Source of the DNA: Gekko japonicus
Taxonomy: Eukaryota
Length of the DNA: 64,000 nt
Assembly: GCF_001447785.1 (NCBI RefSeq)
Contig: NW_015167545.1
Span: forward strand, 693,555 to 757,554
Direction of reading: 5' to 3'
Positions 48,137 to 58,798 of this stretch are shown here, in pieces. Numbering within the stretch: position 1 is the stretch's first letter; every line of letters begins with the position of its first letter. The notes under the pieces are model-generated. The model was not told where the DNA came from, searched no databases, and saw only the letters and a list, made by a program, of their open reading frames with translations. Position numbers and translations under genes: made by a program.

Positions 48137-48500
48137 GGCTGCGATCACACGCACTAAATAATCCACTTTCATTCAATTTTAAATGCACTTTCCAACTGGA
48201 TTTTATTGTGTGAACTGGCAAAGTCCAGTTGGAAAGTGCACTGAAAGTGGATTGAAAGTGGATTACCGTATACCCTTGACCAAAGGACAGTACACGCCTA
48301 TCTGGGATGGTCGTCCTCTTCAATAATCGAGCGCGCAGTTTTGGGAGGGAGGCACATGGAGCGGTGAGGGAGGTCGGGGACACCCGCCTAGCCAGCCAGA
48401 TCAGCCGAATCAACCCTGGCGATCAATGGGGTGACAGATGCCGCAGCCAGATCACCCTCACTTCCTGAAAGTGGATTATTTAGTGTGTGTGATCGTAGTC
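48137..48500. mobile_element. Palindromic PIF/Harbinger-type MITE interrupted by a 7SK retrocopy
   Basis: TIRs ggctgcgatcacacgcactaaataatccactttca / tgaaagtggattatttagtgtgtgtgatcgtagtc, 3-bp TSD tat. Confidence 0.8.
48266..48465 (-). pseudogene. RN7SK: 3'-truncated 7SK snRNA retrocopy (about 7SK nt 1-200)
   Basis: Minus strand GGAAGTGAGGGTGATCTGGCTGCGGCATCTGTCACCCCATTGATCGCCAGGGTTGATTCGGCTGATCTGGCTGGCTAGGCGGGTGTCCCC...GGTCAAGGGTATACG. Starts at 7SK +1. 13-bp TSD tgaaagtggatta at 48253-48265 and 48466-48478. No 3' hairpin or poly-T terminator. Confidence 0.95.
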
Positions 48501-48554
48501 TATGAAACTCCAGTTTAAAATCCCCAAGGCACTCAGTACAACACCAGGACTTAC

Positions 48555-48600
48555 CAAAGCTGGTTGTAGGAGTCTAGGCATTCTGGTTTGACATTGTGAA
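48555..48600 (-). CDS. NIPSNAP2: NIPSNAP2 exon 3
   Basis: (F)HNVKPECLDSYNQL(C), 46 nt. Confidence 0.95.
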
Positions 48601-48961
48601 CTGAAACGGCAACAGTCAACAACAAAGGTTTAAAGTAAGGGACTAGTATGAGCAATAACCAATTAAATACACATGAATTTGCATATGAATAACACAACAA
48701 TTCAGAAGGGGAAGGACGCTGTTTTTGAGAATGCCTGCATGTGTTATAGCAGGCGCTAATCAGGAAAAGGAATCTTTCCTGTGTGTGTGAGAGAACAGGA
48801 AATACCCGCCACCCAAGGATCTGTAACTACTTACAATGAAATAATAAACCTCTGAAACGTCTTCTACCCAATTAATCAGGAGCAACGTTTAATCAATGAA
48901 AACCTTTTGAATAGTTAAACCTAGAAGACTAATTAACTAAATACTTCAACCAGTGACTCAC

Positions 48962-49101
48962 ACTGTATTTTATAGAGACTGCTGGTCTCCCTTTTGGCTA
49001 AGAGATTGGAATGAGCATCTTTCCTGGGATCAACCTTGCGGACAAACAATGATTTTAACCAGCTGTCTTCACCAGATCGGTTATTGGATGACACCAGGCC
49101 C
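48962..49101 (-). CDS. NIPSNAP2: NIPSNAP2 exon 2
   Basis: [46 protein letters not shown], 140 nt. Confidence 0.96.
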
Positions 49102-49319
49102 CTGCAAGTTAAAAAAGATAGCATTAAAACAGTATTCCTGCTACCTCAACTGCATTCTGTGCCATCATCGTTAGATTTCGCAGTCAGTTTGTGAATGGTG
49201 CTGAACACCATTTTGTGAGTCCACTTGATGTGTCTAAAGCAAGACATGGTTTGGACCATCCTGACTCCCAGCACTACTACTTTTAAACCATCACTATATA
49301 CAGAAGTCAAGGACACATT

Positions 49320-49538
49320 GCCTTGATCTGGATAGCCCAGACTTGCCTGATCTTGTCAGATCTTGGAAGTGAAGTAAGGTTGGCACTGGCCAGTGTTTAT
49401 ATGAGAGACCACCAATAAATAGCAGGGCCAGTAGGCAGAGTCAAGGAATGGCAAACCACCTCTGAACATCTCTTGCTTGAAAACCCTGACAGGATCACCA
49501 TGGGTCAGCTGCTGCTTGACGGATTAAAAAAAAAAAAA
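49320..49538 (+). mobile_element. 5S rRNA-derived SINE
   Basis: 5S-like head, ggcaaaccacctctg body, A tail. Confidence 0.7.
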
Positions 49539-52107
49539 GACATATTATCCAGCAGGAGACAGATGGTGCATCTTTGCCCCATCTTCTGGAAAGAGCATAA
49601 TTACAGTTTAAAATGTACATGCTGACTCAAGGTTATCTGGAGGATTAAAAGATAAAACACCTGTTTCACTGCAAGCGCCCATGTCCTAGACAAGAATGGT
49701 CTACAAAAAGCAAGATGTGTCCTGCAGGATTCTGACACTGCAGCGAAACAGAGCCAGAACAACAGAAGAATGATGGCACTACCAAATCAAAGGCTCAAAA
49801 GAGGGTCCTTTCTAGAGGTCCTATTGTGGTTTACCTATATAGGGTCTATATAGCAACAAAGGAGATTTTGACTGCCACTAGTGGTGGCAGAACTGAATGC
49901 AGAGAAATCTGAGGGGGGGGGGTACAATCTGCCAAGAAGTTTCCCTGCACATGCCTCAGAATGAAAGCTCTGTGACAGCATGTTATAAGCCTCATGTTAA
50001 CTATTGGGATATGTGTGACGCCTAGATTTCTTACCTGGGGCCCTAAAATGCCTGGCCATGAATTTATATATATTAGTTAGCTAGGAAAGTCACTTAACCA
50101 GCTACATGACTTTATCCCAGTGGGCACTACAGCTGCAGGAAAATAATGGCTTACCAATACAAACTGGGAAGAAAAACAGGCATTTAACAATGGAGTCCTA
50201 AGCAGAATTATGCCCTTCTAAGTTCATTGATATCAGTGGGCTGAAAAGGGTGTTAACTTTGCTAAGGATTCCACTGCAAGTTACCTTTTAATCAGATCTA
50301 GTGCAGAAGGGAGTGAGCCAGCACATAAGTCATTCCGAGAGTCTTTGACCGTCTAAAGCTTGGAGCCCTATTTATATCATCCAAGTGTTCTGCAGCGTAA
50401 CTATCTTTGTTGTGTTTCAATACAGCTGACGCAAGGCTAAAAGACAAAGACTAAGTAGGAAGACTCTCTCCCACTATCCAGATTTGCAAACAATGTTTTT
50501 GTTATCTCAAAGAACCCACTTGTATCTTGTTTCCCACAGTATATGGCCTAGAGAGCATGACTTCTTAAAAATCTTCCATGCAAGATAGTGAGGATTATAC
50601 GATGTTTGCATAGTTTGCTGAAGGTAAAAGTTAAGACAGCATACATCCTTGTTGACAGACTGAGTGTGGGGAGGGAAGGATCTGAGAGGCTGTTGGTTCA
50701 AATCTAATCTTGGCCCCATATTCAATAGGTGGTCTTTAGCAACACTGTCCGTCTAGTATCTAGGAGCTCAGAGTGGTGCACATTGTCCTCCCTTATTTCA
50801 GCCTCACAACACTACTATCAGGTAGGTTAAGCTCAGAGATAGTGCCTGGATCAAGGTCAAGTCCCTCTCTGTCAGCCTCAGTCACCCAGTCTGCAGTATG
50901 GAATGACAAGCAGGTGACCCACAATGATATGCAAGGGCCATCTCATTTCCTCACTATTTCCAGTTTCCCTTCCCTAGTTTCCCCCGTAGTCTCTCCCCTA
51001 TTCTTGCTTCCTTCTCTCCTTCACCTCCGGCCAACCTACCTTAAGGTCCCCTCTCCCCCCATCTTCAGCTTTCCCTCCTCCTCTCCCCAGGAAAAGTCTG
51101 GCTAAGTTGCAAAAGTCACGTGCTGCCTGCCAGGCCTGGGTTGCACAGTACCCACTGGGCCCAAGCAAGTTGTATGAGTTGTGAATCACTTGCCAGGCCT
51201 GCTCCTAATGAGTCTTCCTGTATTAGGAGACGTGACATGGGGGGTGGAGGAGGCCCTTTTCCAGGTTGTTTTGGCCTCCTATTCTACCCCTGCCCACTGC
51301 CATGTCTTTGCTTTACAGAAACCAACGCTTGGAAAGCTCTGCAGTATATGGTTGCCTAGCCACACCCAAAATGGTCACTGAGAGCTCAGTGGGCATACTT
51401 TTCTTAAAGCTATGGGTGTTGTTTTGATAATTTTGAGGAATTTTAATCCCTTGATGTATTTTTTTTTAACATTTCAGATTTTTCTGTAAACCACGGACTT
51501 CCTCCAGTTTGTGCAGAAACCCTCCTCTGTCTCTGCCTCCATCCTGCTGTTTTAAAATCCACATTCTATGGCTCAGTTTGAAATTAGATATGACAATACT
51601 GGCCTGCCTTACATGGTTGTTGTAAAGATTACTGTGACAATGTGTCCAAGGATTTTGAAGAATCGAAAAGCTATAAAAATATGAAGTATAATTACTAGCA
51701 GAGCCTTTGCCCAAGGGTGGACAATCACTGTCAGCTAAATAGGGATGTCTCACTTAAACATTTGACTCCTGAACATATGCTTCCAGGAAACTGACATGTT
51801 TTTCAATTCGGTTTGGTTTGTTGTCTTGACCATAGATCCAAACACAAATTTAGAGAACAGAAGGAAACATATACATCAGATAGAGCCAATACAAACAACC
51901 CCTTGTCCTTGTGTCTCTACAGTTATTTACCTCAGTTTTTCAACTGCAAGAGCAAACATAGCCACTTCATGCATCAAACGTCTGACATTAAACATCTGAT
52001 TTACATTGATTTGACCAAGACGAGAAATAGGAAGGCAATGGAGACAATATATAAATAGTGACGGACATCCTCACCTGGGCCTGCACTACATACACAATGT
52101 ATACTAT

Positions 52108-52731
52108 GGCCCCGTTCACATGGAGCATTTGCTGTGCTGAAGGCACAATAGTCCCACGGATTTTCTGGGCGCGATCACACTGGAACATCTGGGAAGCGTA
52201 GTGCACCCGTGGCTAACCCGTGGCTTTTCGCCGAAGATGCGGAGTAAAAAACTACTGCAGAAAGTGTACTAGTTTCCGGAAAACGTGGGGCAGGGGTGGG
52301 CATCTGATCGCGTTTCCGCTTGAATCCCGTGGCATCCAGCGCCCGTCCATGTCCCATTGCAAACCGGATGTTGTTGTTTTTTAAGTCTCCACAGGATGCG
52401 CACAAATGCCCAACGGCACATGCGCACAGAGAGGAAAGCGAAAGTTCCGTTGGTCCACAGAATGGTGCTTGCTCGATCATGCGGGTGCGCAAACTTTGGT
52501 GAGAAAAAAAAATCCCGTTTGCCACGGAAGCGGCGCCTAGCGATTGCCAGTGTGATCACGCCGCGCCGCTTCTTTGCAGCGCTTCAGGATAGCTGTGTGA
52601 TTGGCACCTAACGGCGTAACCACAGGAACTCCACGGGACGTGCGATCGGGCTGCCACGCTTTACTTTGCTCCGGGGCAAACAGCCCCCCTCCCCCCCCCC
52701 CCGGCATTTTCCAGCCCTTGTGACCGGGGCC
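52108..52731. mobile_element. CpG-rich PIF/Harbinger-type MITE
   Basis: TIRs ggccccgttcaca / tgtgaccggggcc, 3-bp TSD tat. Confidence 0.8.
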
Positions 52732-52824
52732 TATGTGTACTATCAATCAGGCCTGACCTGACCATCCTGACTCCCAGCAGTACTACTTTCAAACCATCAC
52801 TATATGTGGAAGTTATGGACACAC

Positions 52825-53030
52825 CTGGACAGCCTAGATCAGCAGCTAGCCTGATCTCATTAGATCTTGTAAGCAAACCAAGGTCAGGCCTGATTACTAT
52901 TTGGATGGGAGACCTCCAAGGAAGTCCAGGGTTGCTATGCAGAGGCAGGAAATGGAAAACCACCTCTGTTCGTCTCTTGGCTTGAAAACCCTACAAGATC
53001 ACAGAGTTGGCTGCAACTTGATGGCACTTT
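52825..53030 (+). mobile_element. 5S rRNA-derived SINE
   Basis: gcctgatctcattagatc...tttggatgggagacc 5S-like head plus the family body. Confidence 0.7.
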
Positions 53031-53036
53031 ACATAA

Positions 53037-53359
53037 TAGGGTTGCCAAATGAGGCTGGGGGGCAGGGAATCCCCCGCTTTGGCGGCCCAATTTCCGATGC
53101 GACGGAATCGGGCCCCGGGGGGAACCCCGCCCCCCGAAGCTGCGTCACCAGAGGTGACGCACGACGTAGGGCACGTTGGGGGGGTGGCCCAGATCGTCGG
53201 GGGGGGTCCCCCTGACGATCTTGGCCACGCCCCCAACATGCTACGTCGTGCGCCACTTCCGTTGATGTTCTGGCGGCGCGCACGCGCACATCCCCAGCCA
53301 GGTCCCGGAGCGAGAAGATGCTCCCCCCGCCGGTGAGTAAATTACATTTGGCAACCCTA
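53037..53359. mobile_element. CpG-rich hAT-type MITE (TAGGGTTGCCAAATG TIRs)
   Basis: Perfect TIRs and perfect 8-bp TSD ttacataa. Confidence 0.88.
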
Positions 53360-54522
53360 TTACATAAACACACACAGAATGTTTCACTTTCCCCCCAAAT
53401 TGCTATTTTCCTCCTGGAAACAACAAAACAAAACCAGAAAAAAACTGTCCCCCCACCATGGCTTCAAAATTTCAAGAAATTTTACATCTCTAAAAACCGG
53501 CCAGAATTTTAACCAAGTAAAAACTCTCCTGTTTTGTATAATCCTAAGAACAGAGCACTAACTTCAAAATCAAGCTCGATCATCATGCAGTACCAAGGAG
53601 CTTAAAACAGTCACTAAATACCACTGAATATTCTTTTGTGAGTTGTCTTTAGCCCTCTGGTGGGAAACATGTCCTGCCTGGATAATGATATTTCTTAAGC
53701 TGTTTTTGAATTCTACAACAGTAGCTGGTGGTTCGAAAGGTGAAAAAATGTTCAGGAGAGAAATAAAAGGGTATATTGTTAGGATTATTTTTTTCAACCC
53801 CATTTGAAAGGCCACTTGAGGAACTCTTTCTTAAGAAAGTTTCAGTAACCTCTCATTGTTTACGGCTAGACTCTTAAACCAGAAAATAAGTACATAACAT
53901 GTTAAATTCTGGTCTCCATGGGCAATGGCCTGTAGATACTTTCTAGCTAGAAACATTTTCTTGTTCTTTCTTTGCCAAAGAACCAAAGAGCAGATAAAAC
54001 AATGCTAATTCCCAAAAAACTACCGTCACAGATTACAGGATTGTTCTTTTATCTGTTTTAAACAGATGAACAGAGGGAAATTCATTTGGACCAAGAAAGG
54101 GAGGCATATGTTTGGATACAGAAGAAATTCGTATTGGAAGGTGTATGGAAGATTTTTTTTTAAATCACCATGTGGCAAGAGACCAGGGGTTTGGCTATTA
54201 TGCAGCTTCCAGAATCGGGGATTATGTGGGTGGGGTGGTAACAGCAGTCAGAATAAATCAGACATTTGGGGGAAACCTCTAGAATACGTTGCAAGCTAAT
54301 GAGGAAGTGGAGTTGGGGGGACACACGGAGAAGAGATGCAAATGGTGCAAACTGGAAGGATACATGAAAAAGGGCTGGCGAGTGGCGAAGATACAGCCTC
54401 CTCCCCAGCAGCTAATTCACACATTCAGCGCAGCATTTTGCTTGTCTAGGCTCACTAGACAGACTGAGGAGAGGTTTAACGTGTGTATGAGAGGATGGGA
54501 GATTAGTCGCTTGGGTTGCAAG

Positions 54523-54728
54523 CAATGTTCCCTCTAAACTGTGGAGTCCTGTGAGCAAAAATTCTACTTTGTGAGCTTCTGGCATTAAAGTTGTGAGCAA
54601 TCGATTTGGCTGCTGCCTAAATCAGTTTGCTCTGGGGCCATCCTTCCTGAGCGAAGACAAAAATGTGTGAGCCGGAGGCTAAAAAACTGTGAGCTAGCTC
54701 ACACTAACTCAGCTTAGAGGGACCGTTG
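54523..54728 (+). mobile_element. hAT-type MITE, family C
   Basis: TIRs plus perfect TSD gttgcaag. Confidence 0.88.
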
Positions 54729-54949
54729 GTTGCAAGCCCTCCTGCCCATGAGAAGGAGGGAGAATTGAGAGAGTGAGTGAGTGAGTGGGTGGATGGATGG
54801 GGAGGGCTATGAGGTGAACATCTAGGCAGCTGCCAATGGGAGCCCTGAAGTGGGGTTTGCACATTTCCACCTGCTCATCCCCTCAGGAACACTCCCCCCA
54901 AGTGTGTTTCTAAGACTCTGAGGAGAACCCTCGCAAGGGGGCTTTAATA

Positions 54950-55650
54950 ACGGGAGGGGCGGGCACGGGATTGGCCACTGTCCGGCGTATGTTTACTTTT
55001 TTTATTTAACACATTTTTATGCCGCTTTTCCATCCAGTTCAGGGTTCCCCCCCCCCCCTTCTTACGAGGACGGGACTATTCGACTGACAGAACGGGTCAG
55101 CGAATTACGATCCTCCCCCTTCCCCCCCCCCGCGGAGGCAGAAACCCCCAGGCGAGGCCTTGACCTTGACGGTGGGGGGGAGGAGGCGGAGACCCATCCG
55201 ACCTTGCCCCCTCCTGCCCGCCTGCCTCCCGCGCGCGTCACATACACACACCCCTCCCGCCATGTTCTGCCCCCTCCCACCGCGGCTCCCCTCACCTGAG
55301 GAAAAAAAGGCGGGAACTGGCCCCCTGTTCGGCGAAGGGGCGGAAGCGGGCCCCGCTCCCCCGCAGCAGCGCCCCGGCCGCCATCTTGACCACTGAAGCT
55401 GAAGGCGGGCGGTCGGGGGGAGAGGAGGGAAGGGGGCGCAGTGTGCCCCGGCAGCCGCTAGAGGGACCTCCTCGGGGGAAGAATTAGGATGGGAGGGGGG
55501 AGAACAGGTGGGAAGCGCTTCCCAGCCCCAGCCTCCCCCCCTCAGGATCTATGTGGACGCCCCAAACCCACAGTGTCAAGGCTAAGCCCTATGCCGTATG
55601 TCACGGCGGCGATGGAGAGTGTCCCCGCCAGATTTCCGCCCCCGCTTCAC
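54950..55650. promoter_or_regulatory. NIPSNAP2 CpG-island promoter
   Basis: GC/CpG-rich with GC boxes and a CTCF-like CCGCTAGAGGGA at 55455-55466. Confidence 0.75.
55296..55384 (-). CDS. NIPSNAP2: NIPSNAP2 exon 1 (mitochondrial-presequence-like N-terminus)
   Basis: MAAGALLRGSGARFRPFAEQGASSRLFFL(R), Arg-rich, 89 nt. Phase 2 matches exon 2. GTGAG donor, ATG in CAAGATGGCGGC, inside a CpG island. Confidence 0.88.
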
Positions 55651-58507
55651 AATGTCCAAATTATTTCAGTTGTACCCCTCATGCATTGTATGTTGTTTTT
55701 TAAAAGTATTTTTTAAAAGGCAAAGGCCCTCTGAGCATAGACAAAGTGCATTTCACTTGTGAAATAGCAGGCCAATTTCTGCAGGACAAGCCCAGGAACA
55801 GCTGCTGCAGGATATCGTATTGATATCTCTATTATACTCCAGGGTGCAAAGGTTATCTCTTATTTTAAGTGTTCATCTGATTGTATATTAAAGTTCCTGG
55901 ATAAGCCTTCAAGTAAGATAAAAGACTGAACAGAGCTTATGCCCTCTAACAGCCCCCCCTCCCATTTTTAAATCAGTTTATGGAAAATTAGTGCATAGAG
56001 TGTACAGTTTATTTTAAAAAGTAAAGTAGCATTTTTTTTTTAAATGAATACATTATGCTCCGAGTTTCTTTTTGGAGTAAAAGGAAGACTTCTGGTCCCT
56101 GAAAGGTGAACAAAATAATTACACCCAAGATAATGCACATGAAGTATTTTCAACCCTCAAGACACTTCTCTGTTTTTATTACTAATATCAACTAAAACAA
56201 GAACAACAGATTTATTTCTAATTTTAAAGTGCCTCAAGATTATTTTTATTTTTTGGCTGCAACAGACAAACATGGTTATCCCTATAGAATACATTTTTTC
56301 CCCTGGCTTTACATCCCCTCATTTTGGTAACAGGCAAGGAAGACGAAATTCTGCTGGGACTTGATTTTTGGCCAGTTGTCAACCATAATATAAACAGAAA
56401 CAGTGCCTATTATAATAGTTTCCTCTCAAGAGAAAAACAACAACAACCCTTCTACAGAGAGACGGTGCGGGGGGAGTGGACAGAATGCTAGTCAAGGAAT
56501 GGGGAACTCCCTGGCTTCGAATCCCTAATAATGATAGGGCCATTTACTATCACTCAGTAGAATCTCATAAGGTAAGGGATGAAACTAAGCCACTCTAACC
56601 TCCTCTGGAGGCAGGCTACAATAGGGATCTACTAAATAAGTAAGGAAAAAGCATGAAATAGACCATCATACCTCCCCTGAGCACAACCCAAAAATTCCAC
56701 ACAAGTCTCACTCAACTGGAGCCATGCTGTCCTGCACAGCCTGTTCATTTCAATGGGGTTGGAGCAGAAGAACTGATCAAGAACAGACTGTAATCCAACC
56801 AATCCACCTTGCCAATTCTTCATGGAACTCAAAATATGCCAATTGAGCTGATTGCCTCACGTTCTTACTTCATGATAGAGCCAACACTGGAAAGAATATT
56901 TGGTCAATTTCTTCCCCCTTTTGAGTACAACCAGCGTAGACTTAAGTTAGAGGATTTATATCCCACTTCTGAGAGCTCAAAAACAGTATAGAAGAGTTTC
57001 CTTGAAACGCCCTTCATTTATCTCCATCTTCGACATCATTCTATGCACAACTAAAGCCAATTGTTTTGCCATGCTATTGGGATTTATAGTACAAAGAGTA
57101 ATGGTTTCATGTGGGTCGATGAATGGATCTCTGACAAATGGATGATCTCTGACAAATTAACTGTCCTCAAGGAGCAAGCTCCCCCCCAAAGAAAAATCAT
57201 ACAAGAAATCAGAGTTGCGGGGATCATAGCAGACCATTTTTCAAAATATTGTTTTCAAATTTTTATCAGCTGAATATTCTGTTCCTCATAGATCCCCAGA
57301 AGTCTGAAATTTGATGTGAAGAATCTATCTGATATGGGGTACAAACTGCCCAAATATTTCCAAAAATATCTGAGATAGCTAGCTCAGTATTAGCAATTAA
57401 AATATCTGCTTTTGCAGTCACTATTTCCATATCCCCATTTATTGAGACATTTTAAAAGGGGGGCATGTCAAATTCATGAAGATGCCATACAGCTCTTAGA
57501 TGTGATCGCCATGAATTTGACAAGCCCCCCTTTAAAAAAGTATAAATAAGTGCAAATATGGAAATACTGACACCAAAAGCAATTTTTTTCTCCTCCCTGC
57601 CTTTCTACTCCACTTAGACCAACTGTGAGAGTGCTGCTCTTTGAACTCTGAATATAATATTCCCATGCATTCTACCCCCCTTCAAAATAGGCATGAGCAA
57701 GGATGCCCTCTTCATCTTTTTCTGTATGCTTTCCCCAAACACACAGGCTGTTTTAACTCTTTCCCACCTCGTTAGGAAGATCGTGGGACAATCCATACTG
57801 TGACTCAGTCCAATGTTTTGCCCCACTGATCTTTAGGGTTTTCAGCTGGTAATACTAAAACCTATCAGTCTCCTCCACCTGACAGTATCGCCAAATAGAT
57901 TGTGTTCTTCCTGATGTTTAGCTCCATAAATGTATGTGTTTCCTACCAAGTTCAACATGAGGGTTTTAGGGCAGCGTTCACATAGACATGTGTATTTTCA
58001 TAAGGCCATCAGCTTCTCATCCACGACGAGGGACACCAGCATGAGAAGACTTCTTGCTCAGCACACAAACATGACTGGACTGTGCATGTTTCCTCTGAGT
58101 ACTTTCATGGGAAAGAACTGAATCCAACTATTAATGGAGGAGGAAGAGTCTGTCGTGCATGCCCACCTCCTCTGTGCAGCTGTGAGATCCTCTTCCTTGC
58201 ACTTTCTTACCTGCTTTCGACTGCAGGTTTTATAGCACTTACTGAAATTCAATATTAGTTTTACATGTTGTATGTTATCCCCAGTGGCTGCATGGCAAAG
58301 AAAAGACTTGAAAGTTCTATAAATAATCAACTTAAGGTTATTTGTGATTTTTTTAAAGAGTGAATGTTTCTGTTCATAGCAACAGTTAACTCCATTTTAT
58401 TATTATTAACTGCCACCATCTTAAAAACACAGAAGCACCATGTCACGTACAACCCCTTCAAAGAGACATGAAAGAAAAGTCCCGTCTTACAAAGCCTCGC
58501 CTCCCCT

Positions 58508-58798
58508 TCATTTATCTGGAGAGGAAACAGTGAGCTCTTGAAGTTTTTCACTAAGGAAGCTGGTGTCTCTATCAGTGAGGTTTTCTGAGTCTGTTACACT
58601 TTCCAAGAGTTTCGATCCTGCACAGGGCTTCCCGGTCACAGGATCAATGACTTTCCCAACCTTGTACACGATTTCTGCCAGTTCATGTTTCACATGCTTG
58701 GTCCTCCGCACTGGCAAAGCTTTCAGAAGGACGATGTCTCCCACAAGGCACTGCTGCTGAGGATCGTGAGCAAAATAAGTTTTCCTCTTGTTATAGAA
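58508..58798 (-). CDS. MRPS17: Mitochondrial ribosomal protein S17 (uS17m), last coding exon
   Basis: [61 protein letters not shown]...SSPDK*. ctgcag acceptor. Minus-strand AATAAA at 58396-58401. Confidence 0.96.
   Translation of the reverse strand, partial: FYNKRKTYFAHDPQQQCLVGDIVLLKALPVRRTKHVKHELAEIVYKVGKVIDPVTGKPCAGSKLLESVTDSENLTDRDTSFLSEKLQELTVSSPDK

Noticed and set aside
48266-48465. Functional 7SK gene
   Set aside because: The 3' ~130 nt and the poly-T terminator are missing, the upstream flank is MITE and exon rather than a PSE/TATA promoter, and a TSD is present.
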